A model generated the notes under the pieces. That model was given only the letters and a program-made list of their open reading frames with translations, was not told the origin of the DNA and ran no database searches. DNA of 64,000 bases. Origin: Dimorphilus gyrociliatus. Taxonomy: Eukaryota > Animalia > Annelida. The position numbers were made by a program, and so were the translations under genes. The stretch covers positions 930,001 to 994,000 of the forward strand of contig CAJFCJ010000011.1 in NCBI GenBank assembly GCA_904063045.1, written 5' to 3'. The number at the start of each line of letters is the position of its first letter. The stretch's first letter is position 1. Of this stretch, positions 51,188-64,000 are shown one piece after another.

Positions 51188-54100
51188 AATTTTATAAAAA
51201 TTATAACTTTCAATAATTCAGCGCCGAAAGCGCAGTTGCTATTGACTGTTGCAGGCCGACAAACAATAAAGGGGGCAGATCTATTCGGCGAGATGGGGTT
51301 TTATGATCTCCAGTTTTTTTAAGTAAACTCCTCAATTGATTGACTAATTGTACTTTATCGAGCTAAACGTGACTTTACCATATATGTAAATGTTTTTTTA
51401 CAAAATGCTACATATTACTGTACCTAATCTAAAATTATTTGCATGTTAACTTCAACATTACATTACCACACCCGCTATTTTTTTTGAGAATAATTACTCC
51501 TTGGCTGAAAAAACCGTTCAACCTAAATCTTGGGCAAATAAAATTTGTACGATTATTCATTAACTTTTAAATGTTAATCGAGAGCGAGGAATTTTTCCTT
51601 TTTGTACCAAAATTAATTTTGCTTTATAATAATATAAATAAGGTTATATATGAAAGGAATTCCTTTATGGGAACAGGAAGAAAATAGTCTTGAGAAGGAT
51701 ATCTCCAAAAATTTGAGGGGAAAAAGTATAAAGCATGCAAGAACTTTGATTCTTTTTACCTAAAAAGGTAAACATTTATTTAAATTGCAGTATTTATTTA
51801 TTATAGTTGAACTTGTATCTGAGAATATAGAATAAAGGGAATTCAACTTTAGGATGTGGGCGTACTATTTTCATTAGCATTGATAACAAATACAAAAAAA
51901 AATTCGATATTTTTTCATATATTTATAATTATTTGAATAAATACAAATGTTTGTCGTTAAATGGTATTGGAGTTGGTCTCTTACACTTTCGTATTGATCA
52001 TATAAGTTTAGGTTTTATAAATTAATATCAAATTAATAGCGATTTTTACATAAAACATCTAGAATTAAAACCTGTATATTCATTCAACGACAAGAAAATT
52101 GAATTTTTCCAAACCTCATTCAAACAGATACCAATATGCTTAGATTGAAATTTTTTATTTATCTCTTTTTTCACTAAATTAATTAATAAGACATCTTTTA
52201 ATTAACTTCTAGAATAATAGAGTTATTTTTAGTAAATATACCTGTAAACAATACACTCTTATATACCATATGCATTATACAAAGCAAAATAATGAATGAT
52301 ATTATGTATATGATATATAGCTTATACAAAGCTGTAATATACAGTCTCTTGATTTGAATTATGAATGAACGGATAGAAATAAGCATAAATTAAGCATAAC
52401 TGATAGATTTGAAATATAAATGAGAATCCTTATTAAGATCTTTGATGAATAGGCAAAACTTTAATGTCCTAATCTGTTGATATATGATTTAATATAACAA
52501 ATAATTAAACATATTGTGAATAAATATTTGATAAAAAGTTTATTGGCCTTAAGATAGTTTAGCTTTCTAGAGAGGAGTTATAAGGGTGGGGCATTCAGTG
52601 AGAAGAGACGAATGCTAGATATTCTACATTCTCATTAAAACAATAAACTTATTATTTGCGTAATATGATTCATATCTAATTTCGTTCTCTATCGTGATAT
52701 TGTTTTATTATTGTATTTATATTCATTCAGTGTTATACATTGAATAAAATTCAAAATATTGAATACCTAAGGTAAACAGTTGTTTTTTAATATTTATATC
52801 GAAATTATGCGATAAAAAAGAATTCAATACACAACTCTTAGCTTTTACACCAACTATGTTTAACGGTAAAGTTCTTAGTTTTATTAATCTCTTTATTCTA
52901 CTTTAAGTTTCTTTTAACAAATATCAACCCAGTTGTAGTATTTTCTGTTGCTTGTATATTATTATTCAATAGTAAAATACTGATTGACTAATTGTATCTA
53001 TAAATAGAATAATCCATAGTAATTTTTCTTAAAAGTGACAGAGATTTGTAATTAAATAATAATAAAATCAAATACAATTGGTAATAACACCTTTTCAACT
53101 TTTCTTCTGTTATGTTACAAGCATTAAAAGCTTTCAGGGCTTAAAAATGGCAAAGGCAGTAAAATAAGATTAATATCCGTTAAAAACCCATTTGAGTAGG
53201 TAATAGTAAAAAATACAGCCATCATAGCTCTCTTTAATAGTCGATGTAATTATTATCATTGATTGTAGTAAAACAAAAGATATTAATTAATGAATTTGAA
53301 GAAGCATAAATTATTTCATTTAGATAATTTATTTACTTAACGTGTTAACTCTTCTTTCAAGCACAATCTGAAAGCTTAAATCAGTCATAATTGAAAAGCT
53401 TGTCATGTATTGAGAAATTTTTATTCAATTTAGCTCAAATTCTTTGGAAAAATAGAATTTTTCAGGCTATTGTATGTTGCATATGAATTGTTTAACTTGT
53501 GATAAATAATGCCAATATGAAAATTAATTAAGTAAAAAATGATTCTTTTATACACATGAAATGAACAATGATGGATAAATCCTTCCTTTCTACACGTTTA
53601 AGAATTATGGTATGAACTATGACAAAGTATTATATTTCAAAATATAAAATATATATATCGCATTGTTTCAAACTTGTAGAAAAACTCCTTAATTTTTCAG
53701 CTCAGTGTCTTTATGATGATTTAATAGTCAAGTTGTTCATGTGTTTTTGATATAATATTACTTAGAGTTTTCTTCTTATATTTCTTCATTGGAATTAGTT
53801 AGTAGAAGATTGGATGATAGAATTTGGGTGCTATGGTGGATTCTTCTGATGACAGAATGCTGGAAAGATCAAGCTCTCTAACTTTCGAACAATCAATGAT
53901 AATATCTTTTACATAAATTAAATTAATGAATATTAGACTAATTACTGGGGAATAATAGTCTCCTCGCCTTATGCTACAAGGGATTTGGACTCTAAATTTT
54001 GAAACGTTAGTGTTGATTGAAACGGAAAAGAAGCTATTTCTCTTTGGATTATATTCTCAACAATAGAGAGAAAAATATACCTTTTTCTGAGACAAACACT

Positions 54101-56914
54101 TCAAAGAGCAAAAGACAGTCTGTCTTTTTTATTATACTACATATGCTTCTAATTGCATCACTAGAGAAGAAAAAAAGAAAAATTTATGTACAATACTTAA
54201 CAATACATATACTGTATTGTCATGTACAATTTCTTGAATTTAACAATCTTTCGCTAATCTTGGATTTTTTAAAAAAATGTCTTTATTTCTTCATTAAGAG
54301 AAGCCTCTTCTCTTCGTTTATAAATTTAATTTGTACACAAACGCTGAATAAATTTACATAAATGTTATTGGCAACAAACAAAATCAGATGATACAGGTAA
54401 TATCCCGGGCAATAGGTTATTTACCTAGGCCATCAGTCGAACTACTTGTTAAATATTTGAAACAATGCAAACTCTGAACGAATTTATTAAATATTAGAAT
54501 AAACAGGTTGTTTAATGTGTTTCAAGGAATAAGTGGTGTCTTAACCATTTTTAGCGTATGTACTAAGTAGGCTAGGGTTAGATTGATTCCGACTATTGCC
54601 TAAAATAAGACGTTAACCCAATAAAAATAGTATTTAAAAAACATTGATACTATTATTGAAGATGAAAATATCTCTTCACTTATTACCTAAGAATTTTGCG
54701 TACAAGTGAGTTTCACTGTTAATATGAATGTTATATGCTATGTGCTTTATTAAATATTATAGTTTAGCTATAATTATTAAAAACTAACAAGTATTTTATC
54801 GTACTAAATAGAAATTCGTGTTAAGATGTATAAATTGCAGTTTTTCTACAAAGATATTTTATAAATTATGCATTAAATTTCCCAATAACCATTTAGCTCT
54901 CTCCATTGTTTACCTCACGTATTTCATATGCTACCTATTAATATATCTAGTTAAACAATCATTTGAAGGTAAAGAGTTACAAAAATGAACATAGTTCTGC
55001 TTTGATTATAAATTTGTTACTTTGTTAAAGAAGCACAATCAATTTTAAACAACTTTACTATAAATGCAATTAACAAATCTATTTAAAAAGGTGACTAATT
55101 GATTAACTTATTTACTTGTCATCTGTTATTATATATCTAAACAAGTGGAAAGACGAAATACTTTAATAAAAGTTGAAAAATGTCCTTGGTAGTTAGCAAA
55201 CGAAAGTACAAATGACACTTTAACTTAAGTCTAAACAGTATTCCAATAGGAAAAAAGTGCAAGATAGATGAATTGATTACTTTAATCTTAAATTAACTAT
55301 ACAATTCTAGACAAACGTCAATCTGTAAACTTTGATATGTAATCTACTCTGATTAATATCTTCCGCCAGCGACTACTTTAGATATATAAATAAACGTTTG
55401 GGTAATTCATAATATGTAATTTAATTATATTCTATTTATTAGTTTTTGAGCTTGTATGAATAGAATAAATCAGTTGTTTACAAGCAAACGTTGATTTAAT
55501 ACTCTATTTTTATGTCAATTGATCCTATTTTCCCTATTAAAACCATCTATATCAAGATGCAATAGTCAACCAAGATAGATGAAGGTCATCCTGTATAGGA
55601 AATACATTAACACTTTAATTTATAAAAAAAATTCATTAAGAACAGATTAAAATTAGAAATATTTGTCTTACATCCTTTCTTAGAAGGAACGAATCGATTA
55701 ATCTCAAAAAAATTCCTTTCCTAAAATAAAGAATAAAAATTCTAGCTTTACATTTCTTCTTTTTGGTTATTCCTTTTTTTGATGATAGGAAAATGTGAGA
55801 AGAAACCTTTTTTGTGTCAGTTTGTAATTACAACTAACGAAGCGAATACGTTTCTAAAATTAGGCCTTATTGATGACTAGTGAAATAAGAGAATTATTTT
55901 TCTTTCTATACCCTGATTTTATTTATAGAATAAAGAGATTTTACTCGAAATTAATCCTAATCCCAGTTTCAAACTCCTTTGCGGACAGCACCCTTTTATC
56001 GTCCTTAGAGAAGTATCTGACATTTTCTTTTAGATCCCATTGTAAGCTACAGCTTTATATAAGATTTTAGGCGTTTACGGATTTGTTTTTAACTATACTG
56101 TTCACTTTCAGAGGAGTACGATGTATTTTTCATCTCTCCTTAAATACAAATATACTATTTGAACCATGCAATAGTAAGGGTTCTTTTTAGCTGTATTGTC
56201 AATAATTTTCCTTATCAATACACAGCTGATTGTCAGGAATTGAGAATAAACCTCTCCAAAAACAGAAACTGTATCTCAATATTTTTTGAATAGAGATTTT
56301 AGCGATGTTTCCTTGAAAAATACGAAGAATACCCTATAATTCCTTAGATTTGCCAATTATAATAAAATTTCGTCAGCTTTACTTTCAACTGAGAAAATTA
56401 CTAATATTCTAAAAATTTTTCATGATATATAGCAGCAAAGTATATTCTTTAAATATAGAATTTTCAACTCTAAATATAGAGTAATAGGAGGACTGTTGAA
56501 ATTATTAAGAGCTTCATTTTGTTTGATAAATATGATTTCTTTAATTTTTTATATTCTCTAAAGAATAAGAAGGCACGATTACAATAGAGTATTCGTGAAT
56601 TGGATGTCTGTTTATTTTATATAATGAAACTATTTTTCCTGGAAAGGGTAAAGTACTTATCTATCAAAAGATTCTATTTTAATGTTTGATGTATAAAATA
56701 GCTATTTTTACCATCAATAGAAAGAATTATCTATGTAGCTAATGGTATTATGGATGTACTAGTATGCTAACACTCTTCCTACAAGGAATATGTCTATACC
56801 TAAAATGAAATTCAAAGTTCAAAAACCGGAGCAAACGAAAATTGCAAACCAATTTTTTTGTTTGTAAATAAAATTGTCATATAGTCTCTAAAGATTCCAT
56901 TTAAAACCTTTTCG

Positions 56915-56965
56915 TCTCTCCCTTCCCTTTCCTCTCTCTCTCTCCCTCTCTCTCTCTCTCTTTCT
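56915..56965. repeat. (CT)n-rich polypyrimidine microsatellite
   Basis: cgtctctcccttccctttcctctctctctctccctctctctctctctctttct. Confidence 0.85.
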
Positions 56966-57862
56966 ATTTGCTTCTAAAAATAAAACTGCATTCTGATGGA
57001 TAACTCCTGAAATTTATCTATAGTATTATTATTTATCCTCAAATTTTGTCCATTTTTTTATTAGCATCGTTATCTGTAAATATGTAATAGTCTTAAGAAG
57101 AGTAATTTATTATACCAAGATAAAATTAAGAAAGGTCAACAATAATTTCGAAAAGATGGAATTATTTAATAAAAAAGTAGCTATTATCTTCTTAATTAGT
57201 CAATTACTTGCCTTCTTTGTAGAAGTATGAAGTAAAAACAAATGGATTTTACAGCATGAAATTTTCTGTTTTATTTTTGCATTTAAGTGCTTAGTTAAAA
57301 ACGCTTAACATTTTTCTTTTACTGTTTTTTTTTCAACTTCCGGAAAGTAAGAATAAAGGAGATTTTGTATGAAAGTTTCTTTCTCTTTTTCGTAAAAGGA
57401 GCATTTAGGAAAGACATTTTAATTTCACACTATATTCGTAATATTTATATTCAATTAGCAATCAAGAATGCTATATATATATATATATTGCAAACGGTAG
57501 AGTATTTTAAATCTACATAGATATATTTAAAACAGATTATCTTTTATTAATTTAAAGTCCCATAGTCGAAACATTACCAAATACAAAAATTATATAGCAT
57601 TTCCATAAATAACTTCGACATTTATGAGTAAAAATATTAGTTTATTAAAACAATTTAGAATTGTAAATGACGAATTGTTGAACGACTGGATATCATAGTT
57701 AAATGTTATCAAATACTAATATTTTACAATTACATAAATATCTTTTTACATACATTTATAATGCATATCTTGAAAAGAAATGGACCATTTTTCTCCTACG
57801 CGTATTCTGGTAGCCAGATTAGATATGGTTTGATTAACAAAGCTTCTCTTGCTTATTTCCGG

Positions 57863-60800
57863 TTACGAATTTGATACTGGGACTGCAGGAAATATTGTGT
57901 TTCTCTCGAAGCAGTTGCCTCTTCTGAAGAGAGAGAAAAAATTATTAATGAAAGCATTAGTTAATGAAAACCTCCAACCCTCTAGTTCTATACATTTGGC
58001 GCATAATGCTCGTAATACGTTATTTGAAAGTAGGAAACGCTTGAAAGGTTTTCGAAACTGTGGAGAAGCTATTGAATATAAAATAGGGTTGATAGCACTA
58101 TTAACTGGAAGAACGAAAATGATCAACCACGTGTGGGCTGCATCTGTAAAAATGAAATAATAAGCAGTTTAATTGGAGAATTTTTTAAAGTAAATTAACA
58201 TGATAGTAACCATTTACTTCTATTTGACACAAAACAAGTATCTTTACTATAAATATTGGAGTCCATGAGAACACATTGGTCAAAACAATTAAAAAACAGC
58301 GAGCTGCTAATCCAGCATCTTCTCCTTGCCGACCGCGGTCTACAGATTTTTTCCTAGTTTTTCTCACGCTTTTAAACATGGCCAAGTATGAAGTCGTGAC
58401 CAATATTACAGTAGCTATATTTATGCCAAGGAAAAGGACAGCAGAATATTGCCAGCCAGATCTAAGAGGTTCATGAATGTACAAAGGTAGACACATTCCG
58501 GTACCGCCGTAGAAACCGTTTGAGCCAAAATTTTTCCGCAAAAATATAGGTAGTAAGGACAAAATAATTCCAACAATCCAAAGGATGAAAAGAACTAACC
58601 ATGTCCTTTTTACAGTTAGATGGGTTTTCCTATAGGGATTTGATATAACGCTACAGCGTTCCACTGACATAAACGTCAAAACAAAACTAGAAACCTGTAG
58701 GCATTTTATTTCATTTAGCATGATTGTTGATTCTTGCGTATCTCTTTGAAATTTTAAAGTGTAATTTAACTTGCAATTGAAGAATTAGATAAAGAAAAAT
58801 TAGCTTGACAAGTTAAAAAATCGATTTACGTTATATTGTTACTCTCTCCAAAGTAGCAATCAGGAGAGATGGCTAGCAATTGGATTGCCAATTACAACCG
58901 TTTTACTACTATTAAATTTACTGGTGTTATTTTTAATTAACTAATTTAATATAAAACAGCAGCAACTCTCTCTTTTATTTTTTCTTAGTGATAATCCGTA
59001 CTGAGGTATAAACCCGCATGATAAGTTCTTTAGCGCTTTTAAGAGAGAAAAGGCTAAAGAAAATCTTACCAGTGCCGACGTAACGGATAAAGATCCGATT
59101 AGTTGACATTCCCTGCTTCTTTTCCAATCTAGAGAATGTTTGTTGTAGACGCCCCTAAAGCGTGTGTCATAAATAGCGATCATTATCAAGTAGATGCCCA
59201 TAATCAAATCGGAAACTGCGAGTTTGTCAAGAAAATAATCACACGTGAAATTTATTTCTTTTCTTACCACAAAGGTTGATTATAAACGCCGAAGTTTTAT
59301 TTTTATCCCTACTTCTGAGGCGGCTTACAAATACTAAGCTATTAGCCATTATCGTAAAAAGGCCTACTGCCCAGATGAATACTCTAAGTACTACCAAAGC
59401 CAAGAGATCTCTGTTTTAGGTTTAGAGACAAAGGGGAAAATGATTATTTTGCAAAATAAACAATGCAGATGATAGGTGTACTTTAAACTGGAAATTCCGT
59501 CAGTTTTCGGATAACAATTAGGAACATGAGGTACATATTGGCAATAAGCGAATTTTGAGAATTTTCTGAAATAGAGCATTTGAATTAAAAACAGTCTGAG
59601 ATATTTTATATTTAAAAAATGTTAACATTCGTTGTAGATGTAAATTTGAAAACATCATAACTTGAATATTTGCTATTGAAATTCCTTCTAAATCCCTTTA
59701 TAAAATTTGACATAATTAGATGCTATGACGTAAATAACAAATGATACAAACAGGATACGTAATTTTGTTAGAGGAGCAAATAGTTTTGGTGTTATAACTA
59801 GCTGTTTGTTGTCAGTTAGTGTTCTATGATTAATTTGTAAAAATTATTACCGTATGAAAATCATTAATAAAGAGATTTTACAAGTGTTCAAGAGAAGTAA
59901 AATTGGCAAAGGAGTCATCATCCAGCAATCCAATTTTATTATTTTGTAAATTTCTATAATGAGATTAAAAGAATTATTATCAAATTGTTTTAATTTTATA
60001 ATTTAACACTAGTTACATACAGATCAATTATATTCGAAAATATAGATCCTTTGATTAATTCATTCATACAATTGTTTTCCATATAACTGTTTAATAAAAA
60101 GAGATATATTTCTTAATTAATATATGATGAATGGGAAATGAATAATAAAATTATCTATTTATTATTGTCAACACTTACATTATTTGCAAATTATTTTCAC
60201 CTATATATTCTGGTTTGAAGTGTTTCAACTTATTTGATTGAACGTACCTTAAATTATGAATGAAGTATACAAATTTATATATATACATAATATATATATA
60301 TACATGTGTAACAGTATATTAATATATACATGTAATATATTTTAAAGGCAATATTTACAATGTTGTTAAATTTTCTGGTAAAGTTACTGTAAATGTTGGG
60401 CCCAGATTATTATTTTGAAGATTACTGTAATTGAAATTGATGGACTGAGTATATTTTACACAAATCATTGGATACTTATCAACTTACAGAGAGTCTAAAT
60501 TAGTTAGAGGAGGAAGCGCATGAGAGTGTATAAATTTTATTTTGTTTCCAGCCAAATTCCTTAGGGATTATTTCAAAATAATAAATAAGATAGAAATTTA
60601 TGTTACAAATGTTTTAAATACTCACAAATAGAATAAATTATCTGCTCCAGTAAAGGTAAACTTATCAATTCTCCTTATAGAATTCTCAGCAAGATTACTG
60701 ATGACAATAATCAATGACATTATATATTCATACAAATAGAAAGAAACTTTTAGTCTGTTTCACTTACAGATATTTTAATGATTGAGAGATAAAAGAAAAA

Positions 60801-62064
60801 TCTGCTAATCTCTTTATATTGTTATTCTTAATGACCCTGAAGAAATAATACAAACAGTTTAGTATAATCTTAAACGCGCTTAGGAATAAAAATAGTTAAT
60901 ATACAAAATCTTAAGGATTTGAAAATGTGCTATAAAGCCTTTGAAAGGTGTTATAATGTTATCCATTAGATTCCTAGTAAAATTAGAACAACTTTAATAA
61001 AATATTAAAATCAATTAGTGAGTCTACTTGCAAGTAAGTAACATTTCTTAAGAAGTTTTCTCTCAGTTTGTCTATGGATAATTTATTACATGTAAGTCTG
61101 CTTCCTCTTTTACATGAGCATTCAATTGGAACTTGAGGTAAATCTGGTTATCAAAACAGACATTTTTAGGATAATTAAAAGATATATTCACACATAGGTT
61201 AACTATTAATTAATATATTCCTCATTAGCATACTTACAGCAAACTGAATTATTTGTTGTATCCATTACTTTGTGTTTGTTCGCATGATAAAATCTATTCC
61301 AAGAACCCACTCTGTTTTCTACAACAACAAAAAAAAACAACTAATGGAAAATACTATGAAATTCTTATGGACATTTCAAATAATTGTAATATATACTGTA
61401 TTACATTACTATTAATTAAATATTAAAGTCATGCAATCTAATGTCCAGTTTCTAGAACAAAAGCTACTATATTCCCATTTTATTGGAAGCTTTTGTACAA
61501 ACTAATTTTGAAAGACAAACTACTACAAATAGAAATTAAGTAATATAGAAAATATATATATATACTGCAAACTTCTGTTGATTCATCCCATCCGTTATTA
61601 CAGTCAATTTCATTGTCACATATATTTTGCTGCTCCACGCATTCAACGGAATTTCCACACTAAATTATACAAAACATTAAGAATTCGTGAAATTTAAAAG
61701 AAAAGAATAAAACAAATTAGGGCTTTCTAATTAAACTCTGCAATTCCCACTATGCAAAATATTAATTCATTTTTGCAACTAGTCAAAGAGACTACATAAT
61801 AGAATGTTTAAGTGAGTATTTTACATTTATATTGCACTGTCTTGCATATTAATTGATGTTTGATCACAGCATAATTAAGATAGAGAATATATCTGTTTTT
61901 GGCCCTTGCTTTGTAAATCACACTTCCGGTTAGTATAATTGATGCGTTCCGGAGAATTTGTACCATATCTCTAATTTTTACAAAAAGGATAGGGTATAAT
62001 AAATGTCTTACCTTAAAATAAGGCTTTTTGCAAATCTTTTGTTCCCAAGAATAACAAAAAATTC
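57863..62064 (-). CDS. Relaxin/insulin-like peptide receptor-type GPCR (type C1 LGR: LDLa + about 10 LRR + 7TM); first (signal-peptide) exon not located
   Basis: LDLa CKKPYFK|CGNSVECVEQQNICDNEIDCNNGWDE, then an LRR-NT, then a series of 66-72 nt phase-2 LRR exons. Hinge FAYCQYVPHVPNCYPKTDGISSLKDLL. TM1-7 include VSDLIMGIYL, ARCFLIVLTNVFSWTPI and IFVLPVNSAINPILY. Stop at 57863-57865. The closest known types are RXFP1/2 and Drosophila Lgr3/Lgr4. Confidence 0.88.
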
Positions 62065-63807
62065 CTGAATTGAAAAAAAATAATTATTAGATTCAGAAAG
62101 ACTCTTTTAAACAAATTATACGATAATTTTAGCTAAATATTTTTATTTGTAATGAAGAAGAACCGGTAGTTCTTACTTCTTTCTTACATTTATATTATTC
62201 TCAGTAATAAGTCATCTAGAAAGTTTAGACCCAAAATAACAGGTCAATTGATTCAATCAGCATAGTTTGCAATCTCATTTAGCTACTGTATCTATTTTTG
62301 AGCCTACAATTTATAGCTTCGGAAAGAATTGACGTCCAAAATGTAGATATAAATAAAGATGAGAATAGAATGTTATGCTTTCACAAGCAATCATCGTTAA
62401 AATGTTAAAAAGACTATTATATATCTATTTATACTTGAATTATTGACTGTTTTCATACAACACTAATAATAATTACACTTTTTAATACATACCTAACAGC
62501 GTAAGAAAGCTAAAGAGCTTCATTCTGTCTTCCCAAGTTTTCGACTGACATGACTAAACTTTGATGGCGCCACTGTATTAAAAGAATCTTTTAGTGTATG
62601 ATTGATTCTATCCCATTATAAACAAACAATATTTTAATTACTACATGAGCATTAAAAACAATTAAAGAGAGATTGAAAACTGTATTATATACATTATGAA
62701 TAAACACACTAGTAATTAATCATTCATAGCGTATTAAATGATTATATATAGCAAGTTTAATATTTAAATTAAACAAGTAATTATAATTCATTCATATTTT
62801 TCAAATGTTCGCTTTCTATACTTTTGAATAGATCTTCTCTATATCTTCTCTTCCGCTATTATGTACTCTTGAAAGGGTAGACTAAGTGAGTAAAGTATGG
62901 TAAATCCAAAAAAAAGGAACTAAGGAAACATAAAAGCAATAACAACGATAGAGTAATTAAAATAAGTGCCATATTAACCATCAATTAAATAGAGATGCAC
63001 GATAACCTAACAGTGTCTAAAATATTAATAAAATTGAGAATAATTGCTTTTAATTTTATGTTTGTTTCTCCAGTGAACAGCCAATAAGTCTCTGTCTGAT
63101 AATGTAAAAAATATAGAAAGAACATTGGGAAATAGGAAATTAATTAAGAAACTCTTGATTAACATGTGAAAATAACTAAGTTTTCTTACAAAATATAGCT
63201 TACAAGCTCCTAAATTACAAGGGCTTAATAGTGTAAGAGATTAATTAAAAAGTGATTTCTAGCTACTTTTCCTATATACCGTAGTAATAACTTTCTGACG
63301 TTATTTAGAAACTTTCTATCTTTTCTATATATAATAAAAAACAGGATTTTGATCAATTATTTTGTTGAAGAAAAGTAAAAGTGAACTTGCAACTTGACCT
63401 ATTGAATCAGAAAGTTTAATTGTATTCGAGTTTTACTTGATGATAACATTCAACTTACATTAACCTAATTATGAGATTTGAAAGAAAAAAAGAAATATGA
63501 TAAAAAATTATTCAGAAGAAAGGTTACATATTAATTTCTTAAACAATGTCATTTATCTTTGTATATTTTTGTATTTTTCTTGCTTTCTAGTTATAATGAA
63601 TTATTTTAAACATTTAGTGAAAGCTAAAAATAAACAGCATAACATTAAATTGGATTATGTGTAGTTTATAGTAAATCCCGTAGACGGCGTATTTAAAAAT
63701 TTTTCGTCAACTAGAGCCACCTAACAAGGTGGATAATTTCTGCCATACTATGAACTTTTTCGTTTCCATGTATGGTATCAAGCTAAAGTTTGTGGAAGTT
63801 TATTCTT

Positions 63808-63999
63808 CTACATGATTTGTGCGGATATCATAAATACGTCTCCCAATCTTGCTTCTGTTGCATAGTTTACCATGACATTTTTTGCAGAATATACGAATAT
63901 AGGAAATGTATGGCCAGAAAGTATTTCGTAGCTGCAAGGTACAGTGGAGGGAGAACCTTCAAAAACAGTTAGCCATCCTTTATCAACTCCACACCCGCC
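63808..63999 (-). CDS. 3' end of a gene truncated by the window edge (not in the ORF track)
   Basis: A 64-codon stop-free frame: GGCGVDKGWLTVFEGSPSTVPCSYEILSGHTFPIFVYSAKNVMVNYATEARLGDVFMISAQIM*. It is GC-richer than its flanks and has a protein-like composition. Confidence 0.7.
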   Translation of the reverse strand, partial: GGCGVDKGWLTVFEGSPSTVPCSYEILSGHTFPIFVYSAKNVMVNYATEARLGDVFMISAQIM

Positions 64000-64000
64000 C

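Noticed and set aside
51650-51763. 37-aa ORF MKGIPLWEQEE... followed by a donor at 51768
   Set aside because: It stops before the donor, has no recognisable motif, and is of a length expected by chance.
54017-54361. 114-aa TTG-start ORF
   Set aside because: Composition is typical of translated AT-rich non-coding DNA, with no domain.
55929-56300. Chains of exon-like frames with intron-sized gaps
   Set aside because: Equally plausible partial models arise on both strands, and none closes into a coherent gene.
58270-58300. Asn replacing the usual LGR TM6 Asp (LTNVFSW), considered as a sign of constitutive activity
   Set aside because: Asn keeps hydrogen-bonding capacity. As I recall, it is not an activating change at the equivalent LH-receptor position, so it is weak evidence.
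1-64000. CRISPR arrays, rRNA, tRNA, snoRNA, intact transposase or reverse transcriptase, U12 introns
   Set aside because: I saw no spaced direct repeats, RNA-gene signatures, DDE/RT ORFs or U12 donor consensus. Small ncRNAs cannot be excluded without covariance-model searches.

Overview
This is eukaryotic, very AT-rich, gene-dense DNA from a compact animal genome (standard code; most introns about 50-70 nt, GT-AG). The gene content and intron sizes fit a miniaturised spiralian genome such as the annelid Dimorphilus gyrociliatus; that is an inference and was not verified. I found no prokaryotic features, CRISPR arrays, rRNA, tRNA or intact transposons. I assembled the gene models by hand from splice sites, in this order: KIF28-like kinesin-3 (+), secreted 5xVWA/3xEGF protein (+), ZIP9 (-), SPRTN (+), CDC73 (-), CWC21/SRRM2-like (+), TSP1-repeat membrane protein (+), small TM ORF (+), CTR1 (-), FKBP15 (+) with a nested antisense gene in one intron, FAM122/PABIR (+), PI-PLC X-domain protein with a long N-terminal extension (+), FAAH-like amidase (+), ankyrin-repeat protein (-), a 6.6 kb gene-poor gap, an LDLa-LRR relaxin-receptor-type GPCR (-), and the 3' end of another gene at the right edge (-). 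The observations most worth following up: (1) a myristoylation-motif orphan gene nested antisense in FKBP15; (2) a probable pseudo-PLCXD scaffold with a PP1 RVxF motif and a C-terminal PDZ ligand; (3) a kinesin ending in a CaaX box, with a cassette-like exon; (4) an in-frame GC-AG intron splitting the ZIP9 TM5 motif; (5) recurring TA-CAG-TA/TA-CTG-TA heptamers in TA tracts that match Tc1-type excision footprints; (6) a run of six frame-neutral small exons in FKBP15; (7) a possible alternative TM/tail exon for the TSP1 gene. Family assignments come from recalled motifs, not database searches.
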